DNA of 63,760 bases, counting the filler, from Lenisia limosa (lineage: Eukaryota > Protista > Breviatea), in the NCBI GenBank assembly GCA_001655205.1. It is 16 parts of 16 records of this genome, joined end to end, with 100 filler letters (N's around TTAATTAATTAA, not from the genome) between each part and the next. Parts side by side here need not be neighbours in the genome. Positions count along the whole stretch, not along the records: positions 46,958 to 55,013 come from LPNZ01009164.1; positions 55,114 to 60,723 come from LPNZ01004283.1; positions 60,824 to 62,603 come from LPNZ01001801.1; 13 more parts are not named here. One strand, written 5' to 3'. Under the pieces are notes generated by a model. It was not told the origin of the DNA and made no database searches. It was given only the letters and a program-made list of their open reading frames with translations. Made by a program: the position numbers and the translations under genes. The number at the start of each line of letters is the position of its first letter. Positions within the stretch are counted from its first letter, which is position 1. Below are positions 50,371-62,148 of this stretch, piece after piece.

Positions 50371-51231
50371 TTGAGAGAACGCAGGCTTCACGAACATCTC
50401 GATTGCAGTGAAGAGGGCATTCGGCTCATTGTTGTTACCATACTTCAGGATTGTCTCCTTGTCCTATTTCGAGCTCGTCGTCGGCTTTGGTGCCTTGGTG
50501 ATTGCCTTGATCTTCAACATCTATCCGGCGGGCCATGCTTGTTGAAGTCCCCTAAAATCTTTGATTCCGGCGTTTGGGAGCATGCCGAGCCAACACCACC
50601 CACTCAATCGCTTTCTCCTTTTCATCAAGATCTTTCTGAAGCAGTGAGCAGCTTAGCAACGTCCATCATTTCTCTCCGCAACACAGTCATGTTCCGAATG
50701 AAGAAGCTCAATACGATGATGTTTGCCAGCATCGACAACGACGCATGTATTCCAACTGCATTTTTTGGGAGTGGAGTCGGCTCGGATACACAGGAAACCT
50801 ACTGGTGCAAGATGACGGAGAACGCTTATGGTATTGAACTCATGAAGAAGATCAAGGACTTGCCTCATATTCCTAAAAAGCCTCCCCTCTTCATCATCAG
50901 GGTCGATGACGGTGCTCTTCGAGGTGCTCAGATCAAGTCGCCTTCTGGAAAACTTCTTTCGTCTATTGATGTGACCAATAAGGGTCTCTCACTGTCACTG
51001 CCCGTCAAGGATAAGATGTTGAACTCGCTTCTTGAGGTTGGTGTTACGCCCCCTTCCAAATCGACACTGCTGGAGGTTCAGGCAGAGTACTGCAAAAAAT
51101 TCGCCAGAAGTAACGTGGAAGCTTTGTTTGCGGACTGGGGTGAGACATTACTACATCTTAAGGTGATCACAGACGAAGACCTCAAAGCTGTGGTGGATGC
51201 AGTGATGAAGATCGGCTTTGGTTCCTGTTGA
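50371..51231 (+). CDS. 286-aa uninterrupted ORF of unknown function
   Basis: Longest open frame in the window, with no introns and no recognisable motif. Upstream 49957-50270 looks like a decayed 5' extension. Confidence 0.55.
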   Translation: MRERRLHEHLDCSEEGIRLIVVTILQDCLLVLFRARRRLWCLGDCLDLQHLSGGPCLLKSPKIFDSGVWEHAEPTPPTQSLSPFHQDLSEAVSSLATSIISLRNTVMFRMKKLNTMMFASIDNDACIPTAFFGSGVGSDTQETYWCKMTENAYGIELMKKIKDLPHIPKKPPLFIIRVDDGALRGAQIKSPSGKLLSSIDVTNKGLSLSLPVKDKMLNSLLEVGVTPPSKSTLLEVQAEYCKKFARSNVEALFADWGETLLHLKVITDEDLKAVVDAVMKIGFGSC

Positions 51232-52360
51232 TGTTAAAATGACAAAAGTGAGATGTGTCAACCGTGAACTGTTTCAACAGCTTGAGGCGCAATATGTGAA
51301 ACCAAAAAAAAGTATTGGAATTCAATGACAAGCACAAAGGTGAATTTAACTCATGATAAGGAGATTATGATCAATGTCAAGAAATAAAAAGCATTGTGCT
51401 CAATATATCAATATATAATTAAATGGGAAGTGCGAGTGTGTGTGATTTATGATGGGTAAGTGAGAAAAAGTTAAATACAATAGATATTGAATCAGCATAT
51501 ACCTTTATAACAATAAATCAATCGTTATAATCACTGAGAAGAACCCATAAAAGAGAGAGGAATAAGAAGAGCGGGAAGGGGAAAGAAGGCAAAGAAAATG
51601 AATTGGAAGATACCCTACCATTCATTTCAAAGTTCCTGCGGCTTTTAACAAAATGAACCTAAACAATAAAATTTTGGTTAAAAATCGCACGACTTCTGCA
51701 AATTCACGGTTTCAATTTTCGCCTTCGGCGCGTTCAGGATGTTATTTATGTTGGCTTTAGTTTCCTTTAAGAAACTTTATTTTTTTGCCGCAAAGTTTGG
51801 GAGTTGAAGAACCTAAGCCTGCTCAAACCATGTTTCGAAGTTTTAACTGACTGACTTCTCAAGCTGCACGCTCATCCTTCTCCCCTTCCCCAACCCCTAT
51901 ACTAAAAACACTGAGCACATACATACATAAAGCAAAGACAAAAAACCACAAATAGGGGAGTTCGTGCTGCTTCCAGGTCGTAAAGGTTATTTTTTTGTTT
52001 GAGTGAAAGATCGCTGGGATCCCACTGATATTTGGAAAACTTCCGCTTTTAGTACCAGTGTCTAGTATCACATAAATATTGCAATAATTAAATATTTGGA
52101 CGCGGGATTCTATCAGGAACTTCCGCTCGCGAGTTGATGAGTTTCATTGGTTCACCGTTAGGTTATGTGATTTGGATTTTGAAAGTGGTGGAAAATACAA
52201 AAAATTTCATAATTGTGCTGAGTAGAAACCCTTTTAATGGTATATTAAGTGACACATGCCAACTCACTTATAAATGTAGCCTCCCCGGGATCAATTTATA
52301 AAGGTAGTGACTATTTTTTTTACTTTTAGTATTCAAAAAAACAGTTGACAGATTGAAATA

Positions 52361-53294
52361 ATGAGAGAAGATTTATTTTATGCAATATCCGGAGCCTGTG
52401 CTGGAATATCTGAACACTGTGTCATGTTTCCAATTGACACAATGAGGGTTTTTTTTTACGTTGATTGTTGACAAGAATGCAGCTTAGTGGAGGATTTAAA
52501 AGATGCATTAACAGCAAAAATTTATTCTCTGGGATTTCTTCTGTTGCAATTGGAGCTGGACCTGCGCATGCACTTTACTTTTTAATTTATGAATCTGTCT
52601 TCAGAAAGTTACCTCATCGAAATTCCAAAATACAAACGTCTTTCAACAGGTTTGCTGAACTGATTAATAGTTCTATCGCAGCTATAGTTTCTACTTGTGT
52701 TAGTGATGCATTTATGAACCCTTGGGATGTTGTGAAACAGGTTAGTGTCTAATTTTCAGTTTAGAGAATGCAAATAAAAACAAACACTTCCCTCTTTGAG
52801 ACAGGTTATTCAATGTTAAAAAATGAAGGAATAAGGTTTGTTTTTTTTCATGTTAAAAGAGCTTTCTTCATCTCCTATCCTACTACTCTGTTCATGAATA
52901 TACCATTTGTAGGAATTAACTTTGGAGTCTATATGTCTTTAAAAACTGTTTTGTGTGACAAGGATTCTTTTAACATTAGAGTTTTTTGATTCCGTAATTA
53001 GCATCACCTTTTTGCGGGATGTATCAGTGGAGGAATTGCAGGAGCGCTTACAACACCATTTGACGTGGTGAAGACCTTTTTACAGCTTCAACCAAAATTG
53101 TATTTTGCTAATATTAACTTTTTAAAAGATTTAAGAGCCAGAATTGCTTCACCTGTATGAAAACTTTGGTGTTGTTGGAAGGTAGTGGAATTCTTTGGAG
53201 AGGGCTGGTTCCAAGAACTCTTTTCTTTGCACCAGCAGCAAGTATATCTTGGGGAGTGTATGAACTGCTCAAGCATATACTGGGTGCAAATTAG
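52361..53294 (+). CDS. MRS3: Mitochondrial iron carrier (mitoferrin, Mrs3/Mrs4-like), complete, 263 aa, six 21-29-nt introns
   Basis: Exons 52361-52447, 52471-52649, 52671-52740, 52765-52835, 52860-52980, 53002-53099 and 53129-53294 total 792 nt. Motifs: GISEHCVMFPIDT..RMQ, GAGPAHALYF, DAFMNPWDVVKQRMQ, SYPTTLFMNIPF, ALTTPFDVVKT, WRGLVPR..ISWGVYE. Confidence 0.92.
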
Positions 53295-53429
53295 CTGTTT
53301 GTATAAATTCTGAGGAACAACAAACTTTAAGGCCAGTTTGTAGCTTCAGCTACAGAGGTTATGGTGTTACGGTTATGGCGAAAAAAACTGAATCACTCGC
53401 ACTTGTTTAAAATTTGAGAATAGGCTGAG

Positions 53430-53498
53430 GATACTTTGATCTCCGGACTCTCTTTCCATTCGCTTTGCCAGAGTGTACGTTAGTCATAGCTTTCCTGA

Positions 53499-53535
<37 letters not shown>

Positions 53536-54636
53536 ATGGTTTTTCGCTGCAAAACCCAATTTCAAGTACCGATTTCCACGTCATGGACGCTTTCTGAGCT
53601 CCAATCTTCGAGCTCACGGATGGTAATGGAGGAAGTGCTGGTGCTTTTTGTTGAACGTGTACATCAGTGGTTTGATCTTCTTCTTCGTCTTCTTCTGAGA
53701 ATCTTCATGCGCCGACAGCTCATCAGTATTGGAGTCGGGGTCATCAATGTTATCGACGTCATCACCATCACTTTCGTAATCGTGGACTCCTTGCCTTTCA
53801 TGAAAAGAGCATCAATACATGTTGATATTCCACTGAGTAGCATCACCACTTTCGATCCACCAATGGTTTTGAGGGCCGATGAAAACTCCAGAATGTACTG
53901 AGAGTGTTGGTTACGTATTTTCATTGCAGCCAGGCAACCGTTCACAGTCATCTCGTGCTGGATGAGATACCGCTCCTTCAGTTCAGTTGGTGGCATTAAC
54001 GCGCAAATCATGGCTGTAGCATCGTTAAGATAGGAAGTGTCGAGAAGCGTAGTGGCTTTCGCGGCAGCAACAAGGAAAAGGGTAGAGAGACTGGTTGCTC
54101 TTCACGGACTGGAAAACTGCTTTCGTGAGTAGCTTAGTGAGGTCATCGTCAGGATGTTGATACTTCGAAACCTTTGTACGAGCAAGTCTTGCTGTCTTGA
54201 TGGGGTCAAAGTCTTGGCTGTCTGCTTGAACAGCTTGATACGCAAGACGTGATTTATCTTTGAGAAACTCGGTCTCAACTAAGCGGCAATCGACACATTG
54301 ATATGAAGACGGTGTTGCAAAATCTGGGCATGTTGAAGACCTTGGCGCAACTGAAGGACTGGCTTGCATAACGACGATACCTTTTCTGGTGTGCCTCACT
54401 GACCAGTCCACGTGTGATACTCTTCGGTGAGTGAGACCGAGACAGGGAGGTTGGGGCCATTGATGGTCGATGGTTGTCGTATCGAGTCCAACGTCAGAAA
54501 TGTACTTAATGTGTAGTTGTTCTCCATTGGACGGGATACACGTGGATACAACAAACGGAAAGCCGTCCGTTGGCTGGTGCACACACACTGAGGATCCAGC
54601 CGCGTTGGTGACAAATTCTACTATCATAAAATTCAT
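53430..54636 (-). pseudogene. Frameshifted intronless unknown ORF
   Basis: ORFs 54636-54025 (contains YQCVDCR) and 54011-53664, plus an acidic/basic tail in a third frame, overlap by frameshifts. Confidence 0.45.
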
Positions 54637-57600
54637 GTTGCTAATGCCTAAAGAAACAAGGTTAAGAACCTACCAAAATGTGGATTATTGGTAGATAATG
54701 CGACAGGGTAGCTTTTTCCTTCTTCACTCTCTGAAACATTCAGGTTTTCCGTATGCCTCGAATTTGAGCAAAAGTACACGTATCCAGCATACAAGAGATG
54801 CGGTCGTTCAAAATTCTGGTTATTTCGCTAACTCTGGTTTTTTCGAGTACTGCTGCTTTTTTTTCTTTATTTTTTTTATGAGATTCACTCTTTTTGAGAA
54901 AAACAAGTCTAAAATGTCTATATTTTTTTGTGTTTGTCTCGCAAAATTAGAAGTAACTAATCGCCATTCTCGCCATTTTGCCCACAAATGTCTCAGATAG
55001 GTTTCTTAGTCACNNNNNNNNNNNNNNNNNNNNNNNNNNNNNNNNNNNNNNNNNNNNTTAATTAATTAANNNNNNNNNNNNNNNNNNNNNNNNNNNNNNN
55101 NNNNNNNNNNNNNCCCCCCCCCCCCTCCCTCACTTAACATCTTACTATTCTTATCCCTCCCCCCTTACTGGATAGGTTTGCCGGCCGCATGATCCCCTCA
55201 AAACTCCCAGTCGAGCAATACAGTGCCGATGACTTTCTGACATGTGTCGTGGCCTATTCATGGGTCGTTTCTGCCAGCTTGGAATGTGGGTGGTTGAAAG
55301 CAATTGTCTTGTGAAGAAATGTAGTTGTATTTTATGACCGCCACAATTTTCTTCTTTGATACAATTAGTATATGACAAAATGTGTGCAAAAAAATTTGGA
55401 AGGCAAATGATTGGGTGAATTATTATTAGACAATGCGGGTGTGGACGTCCCCATTTTATTATAATGCGATCAAACAAATCAAATACATTATGATGCCCGA
55501 AACTCCAAACGGGATCTACTTTTTTTGTACATATAACTATTGACCCAAGTTTTTTTTCAAAAAAAACTCCTCCAGTCATACATACTGTATGCTCCTGCTA
55601 CAAACCCCGTCATTATTGGGGTCTCCATTCATTTTTGAATTTCGGAGAAATAAGCTTGAAATTGTTTTTTGTTGTTGTTTATTTTGTTGTTAACAGTAGT
55701 TAATGAGTAATTGAAGCAAATAAACCCGTAAGGCACAATAAAAGAATGTATTGATGTACTAAAATGAACGTCTTTTATTCCTGTGGGGTTTTTTTCTCCT
55801 TTTGCTAGATGTAATTTGTTATTCAAAAAAAAGGTGGCGAACAATTAGTTTATGCCTTCTTCTTTATTCTGTTAAAAAAATGTAATAAAAAAATCAACTT
55901 TGGGTAACTTAAAAAGAGGAGTCAAAAAAAGTTCGTGAAAAGGGATGAACTGAACTTCCGAAACTTCCGAAGATTGTTTTTTTAATTTTACTATTATTTA
56001 CTTTTTGCTGGTTAGAATAGTAAAATAGTGGATTATTGAGGTCTTATGATGCCGTTTATTCAAAATTGCCGAGATATTCCAATAATGACGGGGTTTTGGC
56101 ACGGAAGAATGTGCATACCTTGACCAACGTCATCCGCTCTGGTCCGCTAAGCTTCTTCTTCGTTCTTGTCACTTTCACTGGAAATAACAACCTTAAAAAG
56201 TTACCATAAATACAAAACACAACATATGCATAATATTATACTCTATGACAATTTGACCACTGCAGCAATTGTCCCGTGTAGCCGGCTAGTGACTGTAGCG
56301 CCTTCACCCGGGCAACTGTCCAATGCCCCACTTCAGGTTGGAGGGGGGGTTCTTCTCTTATTCTCATTTTTGTGGTGGGAGGGGGGGGGGTGCCGTTTCA
56401 TTTCAAGAAATAAGTCCTTGTGTGACATTTTTGACATTTTGAAGTAATAATGTTTCAGGTTTATTACTTGGAGGAAGTTGGCTGTTGGCTCGATCCTTGG
56501 GGTTTGCTGGGAAATTGTAACCTCGTGATGCAATCAATCCCATACTATCTCCTTAAATCAGGGTTGTATAAATGATACGATTGATTGAAGAAAAGCTCAA
56601 TATCCGTGTCTGTTAGTGTAAATATTCATCTCATATAAGAGCAAGCAGAAATGTATATTTCTTCTTTTGATTCTTTTAGACGGCTTATTGCACTGCACTT
56701 TAATTGTCATCGCTGTCATCGTGGGGAGGAAGGGGGGGGGGCTAAAGCATATTGCTAATGCTGGTTGAACTCTTCGATGATGAATACCCCTCAAAAGAAC
56801 TTGGTTTTTTTATGACTCTTTCAGTTCATCATTTCCTTGATATCCGGCCTCATAATTGCCTTTTTCTGCTATGATGGTGATGGTGAGTGAACTGGTCTCA
56901 ACTCTTTGGAAAAAAACCATCTTCGCAATTTTTTTCCCTATTTTTCACAATTTGTAATTTGCTTTTCCCACCACCACTGATTGAGCAGTCAAACTGCGAG
57001 GGGAAGGCTATACCCCAGGTTCATTGTATACGCCAGTGCCGAATTTGGAGTCACCAGTCTTTGATGATGACAGCAGCTCGTCTTATCGCACTATTTAGGA
57101 ACATGGTTTTCTTTAGGTAGAATCCCATTGTCGTGTATTTTAGTTTTGTGTACAATTCAGGTAATATTATGTTTCAAGGGATATTTGTCCTTTTTTTTTT
57201 TTGCAAAAAAGTGGATGAGTTAAAAATTGAGATAATTCGCAATTGTATAATCAAAATTTTTACGTAGGTGAGGTCTCCCATATTGATGGTTTTGAAGACT
57301 CCTCAGCTCAGGCATTAACCGCAAGACTATGAAACCATAGATAGTGACCAGATCATGAGGTGATCTAGTTAATGTGTTTTCTACCCAATGTCACTGCAAT
57401 ATGCCAATTCTAGACCGCGCCGCATTCTAATAGATATGAAAACACACCAATCTGGTAATGCAGATCAACAAAAATAAATCAAAATCAAAAGAAAAAAGTG
57501 GCGGGTGTCTCGGGAAAATGATGTGAAGCGCTGTTGTGATAATTCTTGCTTTAAACAAAACCTTTTTTTTTTTTACAGGTGGTTCGTTTGTGATGTGGTG

Positions 57601-57689
57601 AATCATAGTTAAAATATAAATTACACATGGGAAACCTAATACAAATACAGGAAGACCTACAAAACCTCGGAAACTACTGCGAAACAACG

Positions 57690-60411
57690 ACCGTGTCTCT
57701 TTCGACCAACTGAACGAGGAACGCCAAGTCCAGAATCGCTACAAAGTCAAGAGAACCTGGACTTTCAGCCAGATCTCCCCTTGTTTTCCTTCCCATACCT
57801 CCCTCTTCTAACGCGGCGATTCGACAGAAAAGGCTATCAACATACTCGGAGGGCCGAATTGAGTACAACTAGGATGGTTAATCATTACATCACCATGTTT
57901 CCATGTTTACTACCTTAAAAACCTCTATAAATCTGTGATATTGCGGATCCTTGCATCATAACACTATCTTTTCTTACCCATTCTCCCTCCCTGAGACAAC
58001 CAAAATTACGATGCTTTTATGGAAAGCTATATCTATCTAATTATCAATAAACACACAATCCCAATACTAAGCCTTGTTGAATGTTGCTATTTAGGGGTTG
58101 TTGTTTATTGAAGAGAACATAATCCCAGTCTTAATCTCAACGCCCTACTAACCGAGTCAACTATCCTGGAGATATCCTCGGGGGTAGGTGCTCTGACCGA
58201 CTCAAATTGCAACCGCTCCAGAATTGACTTCTACAGGGGGGGAGGGGTAAAATTGGAAAATTTATGACAAAAAAAGCCCAAATCAACTCTGTTGCTGACA
58301 AAAAACGAGGGTTGATAACAACNNNNNNNNNNNNNNNNNNNNNNNNNNNNNNNNNNNNNNNNNNNNNNNNNNNNNNNNNNNNNNNNNNNNNNNNNNNNNN
58401 NNNNNNNNNNNNNNNNNNNNNNNNNNNNNNNNNNNNNNNNNNNNNNNNNNNNNNNNNNNCCTCATATTCCCCCTCCTACTTGGGTGGGTCCGCTGAGTCT
58501 GAGTTTCATCTTCACGACTTTCGTAATGAGGTTCTGAGCTTCCAGGTCGGCAGCATCGTCTGCATGGTGAGTGGTTTATTGGACTTTACTGAAAAAAGAA
58601 AAAACACCACGTGTTGATCCGAATAACACCCATAGCTAAATCTGAAAATCCCTGGTAAAATAGAAAGTTTGTGACTCAAAAAAACAAACCTCAACTCTTA
58701 ATAAAGCCCAGGCCAGTCGATTCTGCAACACCGCATAGGTATGGTAATTTGTTAATGGTATCCCTATGTATTTATTTGTTTCCCCAAGAATAGTAATATA
58801 CATTATTTCTTTTGTTCAAAAAAACCGCATTTATAGCCAAAGCCACATCATCAAGTTGGGACACTATCCCACCCTTTTGCGCTATAAGGTACTCAATCAG
58901 CTTTTCATAGTAAGGGACTGCAACGTCATAGTTATCGGTCCCGTCTGCGGCAAGGGCAACCTGCGTGGTGAGTGCAAAGAAAAGAGTTAAATAATAATAA
59001 TAGAAAGAAGAGGTATACACAAGATACATAGTTAATGTGTGTAAGCTTTGTGCTATAAATTAAATGATGTGAGTAAAGTAATGAAAATAAAGCGTCTGAA
59101 GTTCCCGTTGCATTTTTCATACCACCCACCACAAGTTTTCCTCATATCCAACACCCTGCCCACCTGGTAGTAGCTCCTCAGAGTATCGGGGTGCGACTCT
59201 CCAAGTAAGGGCTCACGAATGGCCAGGGACTACAAGAGTGAGAGAATGTATCCAATTTGTTTCCCTAGATTTCTAATGGATAATATTTCTCTTGTATGAA
59301 AAAAAATCGTGAATAGTGTTTATGGCAATGAAAATAATATGTATGATTAGCTGGAGGTTAAATAGTGAAAGAATAATAAGGTTTAATGTGGACTAAAACA
59401 GTGATAATACATATATGTACATACCAAAACGTGTTTATAGTGATGATATGTGTGAATTACTAGAAGTTAGGTATAGATAGTATTAAAAGAGTAAACCATA
59501 AAACTACCACCGTATACCCCCCAATAACACAGAAAAACACCCCCTCCCCCCACCACCTTCATTCCAGCCTCAACGGCAGCGACAAGGTCTGTTTTTTCAT
59601 TGTACAATTCTGCCAACTCGAAGTAACTCGCCGCAGTGCTTGCGGATGTGGAACCTGGGGGGAGGGGGGGGGGGGAGATTAGACTTCACTTCGGTTCAAA
59701 AAAAGACTGTTTGTCGATAAATCCTCGAAAACTATCGATATTTCCCCGGGTTTTTCCGAACCGAAGTGAGGCCTTAGGTGGGAATGGAAACAATGCATAC
59801 AGAACTAAGACCGAAACCATAATTGTATGTGGGTGTCCTCTTGATTTACAAGAGGTTAAGTTGAAAGCGTTACCGCATTTGATATCTGATTCCTTGACGT
59901 ATGTATTTATTTGTTTCCTAGATTTATAATGTAGTATATTATTTCTCTTATTGCAAAAAAGTCCTCCAAACCGCAAACCGTGGACGGATTTGACGATATT
60001 CAGAGCCCGTTCGTAGAGGGGGACGGCCTTGGAGAAATGGCCGTTTTGCCGATGAAGCTGTCCCACTGTCTCGCAATACCTNNNNNNNNNNNNNNNNNNN
60101 NNNNNNNNNNNNNNNNNNNNNNNNNNNNNNNNNNNNNNNNNNNNNNNNNNNNNNNNNNNNNNNNNNNNNNNNNNNNNNNNNNNNNNNNNNNNNNNNNGAG
60201 AGAATGAATGAACAAACGATGGCATATTGTGGCGACGGTGGGAAAAGAAGGATGGTGCTAGGGGTATGTTGTTACGGAGGTGTATTGTGAGAAAAAAAAA
60301 TGTAATATACGATCCCCCACCGTGCCGTCAGAGGATGCTGTCCTCCTACGCACTTCTCACAGAGGTATAAACTCTCCAGGTAGAACGGGAGGGCCTTCTG
60401 GTGTCTGTTTG
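57690..60411 (-). CDS. TPR-repeat protein (kinesin-light-chain/NPHP3-like TPRs), partial
   Basis: Exons KALPFYLESLYLCEKCVGGQHPLTAR|YCETVGQLHRQNGHFSKAVPLYERALNIVKSVHG, AASYFELAELY, SLAIREPLLGESHPDTLRSYYQ|VALAADGTDNYDVAVPYYEKLIEYL, then DAADLEAQ..|KSILERLQF..|LYSIRPSEY. Confidence 0.75.
58235..58322 (-). repeat. Intron 3'-end cassette
   Basis: Reverse complement reads gtcagcaacagagttgatttgggctttttttgtcataaattttccaattttacccctccccccctgtag|AAGTCAATT, ending at an exon. Confidence 0.75.
59680..59776. mobile_element. hAT-type MITE
   Basis: tagacttcacttcggttcaaaaaaagac...ccgaaccgaagtgaggcctta. Confidence 0.8.
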
Positions 60412-60839
60412 CTGCAACATCAGAGTAGTTTAAATGACGGAAAGGAAGTTGGTGTAGGATGTTGTAATGTAAGGAAGATGCTGTAAAGTATAGATGTGGG
60501 TGTTGAGTTTGCTACTCGATTAGTTCAGGATGTTCAGAGGGACGAATGCGGCTTTCATGAAACTATAATACAAAAAGAACGGTATTTATTTCGATCAAAA
60601 TACAATCCTCCAATAAATACCAAAAATAAACACAGTATGAAACGAGTGATATGAAAAAAAACAAAAAAAGAAACAAACAAAGAAGAACAAACACTCCAGA
60701 CCTCACCCCCCCCCCCTACAGGCNNNNNNNNNNNNNNNNNNNNNNNNNNNNNNNNNNNNNNNNNNNNTTAATTAATTAANNNNNNNNNNNNNNNNNNNNN
60801 NNNNNNNNNNNNNNNNNNNNNNNCCCCCCCCCCTCCCAG

Positions 60840-61555
60840 GTGAAGGCATGTGATCAATGGGCAAGCAACCAGGCCGACTCGTTGTCCTTTATTCTCGCAG
60901 CGGCGGAACGAGCAGCACTCCTCTTTGACAAACCCGAAGAAAGCAGAAGCCGGAGGGGGTCGGCCTTCATATCCCCTGTTCGACATGTGAGTGGTGTGAT
61001 ATGCATATGGTTGATGTGGTATTGATGTTGTTTGGTGTGATAGTGATGACTGATGTGATGATAATGATGGTTGGTGTTGTGTGATAATGATGATTGGTGT
61101 GAAGCTGATAATGGCTTATGGTATGACGATTTGTAGGCCTGAGGCCTTGCGTTATTTTTGTGGATAACGGATAACTCTATTCTATGATGCTCCCATAATA
61201 CCAATATATCATTGTATCATGGGGGGTGTAACTGGTGGTAAGGGTAGAGTGAGTAGATATCTTGATTCACGTTAACAATAGTATAATATACAGCGACCGG
61301 GATACGTCTTGACGATTTGCTGTGATGACTTATCCCGGTCACTGTATGTTTTTTTCATCCGGCGTAGAACAGCAATAAAATGCAGTTTTACATACCACCT
61401 TACAGCTCATGATATCACAGATTATGACTCGTTTTTGTCCAGCAGAATATTTTGATATTAATTTTGCAAATCCCCCCTTTAACGCTTTTAGGGTCGCAGA
61501 GGCCCTAGAACACAGAAGTCGCCTGAGAGGAGGAGAACTGCTGAACGGCCAAAGG
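60840..61555 (+). CDS. Unknown protein exons
   Basis: cag|VKACDQWASNQADSLSFILAAAERAALLFDKPEESRSRRGSAFISPVRH|gtgag and GRRGPRTQKSPERRRTAERPK|gtatg. Confidence 0.4.
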
Positions 61556-61639
61556 AATCGCATAAGAACACAAGGAACGCCGTATGTTGGATATGGTCTC
61601 GTGTTAAGGCATTATTATGTCATATTCTGTACTAGTAAA

Positions 61640-62090
61640 CCTGATTTTACCCGATTGTTTATAAACTTTTTGAACAGTTGCCCTCTTACAACGTGAACAT
61701 CATTAAAAACCATTGGAAATATGAAATAATAATCAAATGTAAAATTTCACAAAATTCCAGGAAATTTGGCAATCCGGGCCGGGCGCCCAAGCAAATTTTC
61801 TTCAAAAATCAGGACTAAATCTCGCTACTGTTGTCATTTTGAGATGTTCTNNNNNNNNNNATATATGCTTCCGACACTAAACCGATTTTACCCGATTTTT
61901 TATAAACTTTTGAACAGTTGCTCTCTTACCACGTAAACATCATTAAAAACCATTGGAAATATGAAATAATAACCAAATGTAAAATTTCACACAAATTCCA
62001 AGAAATCTGGCACTCCGGGTCGGGCGCCCGGGCAAATTTTCTTCAAAAATCAGGACTAAATCTCGCTACTGTTGTCATTTTGAGATGTTC
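61640..62090. repeat. ~210-bp direct duplication (61640-61850 / 61878-62090)
   Basis: Two diverged copies of cccgatt..ataaactttt...ttgagatgttct, separated by a 10-N gap. Confidence 0.8.
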
Positions 62091-62148
62091 TTAGATTTGG
62101 AATTAATTTTGCAGAAGTCTCATAACTTTTACGATATTTTTTGATTTG

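Noticed and set aside
52361-53294. Ciliate-like or other alternative genetic code suggested by the tiny introns
   Set aside because: The mitoferrin and RPA1 exons contain no in-frame TAA/TAG/TGA, and genes end in standard stops.
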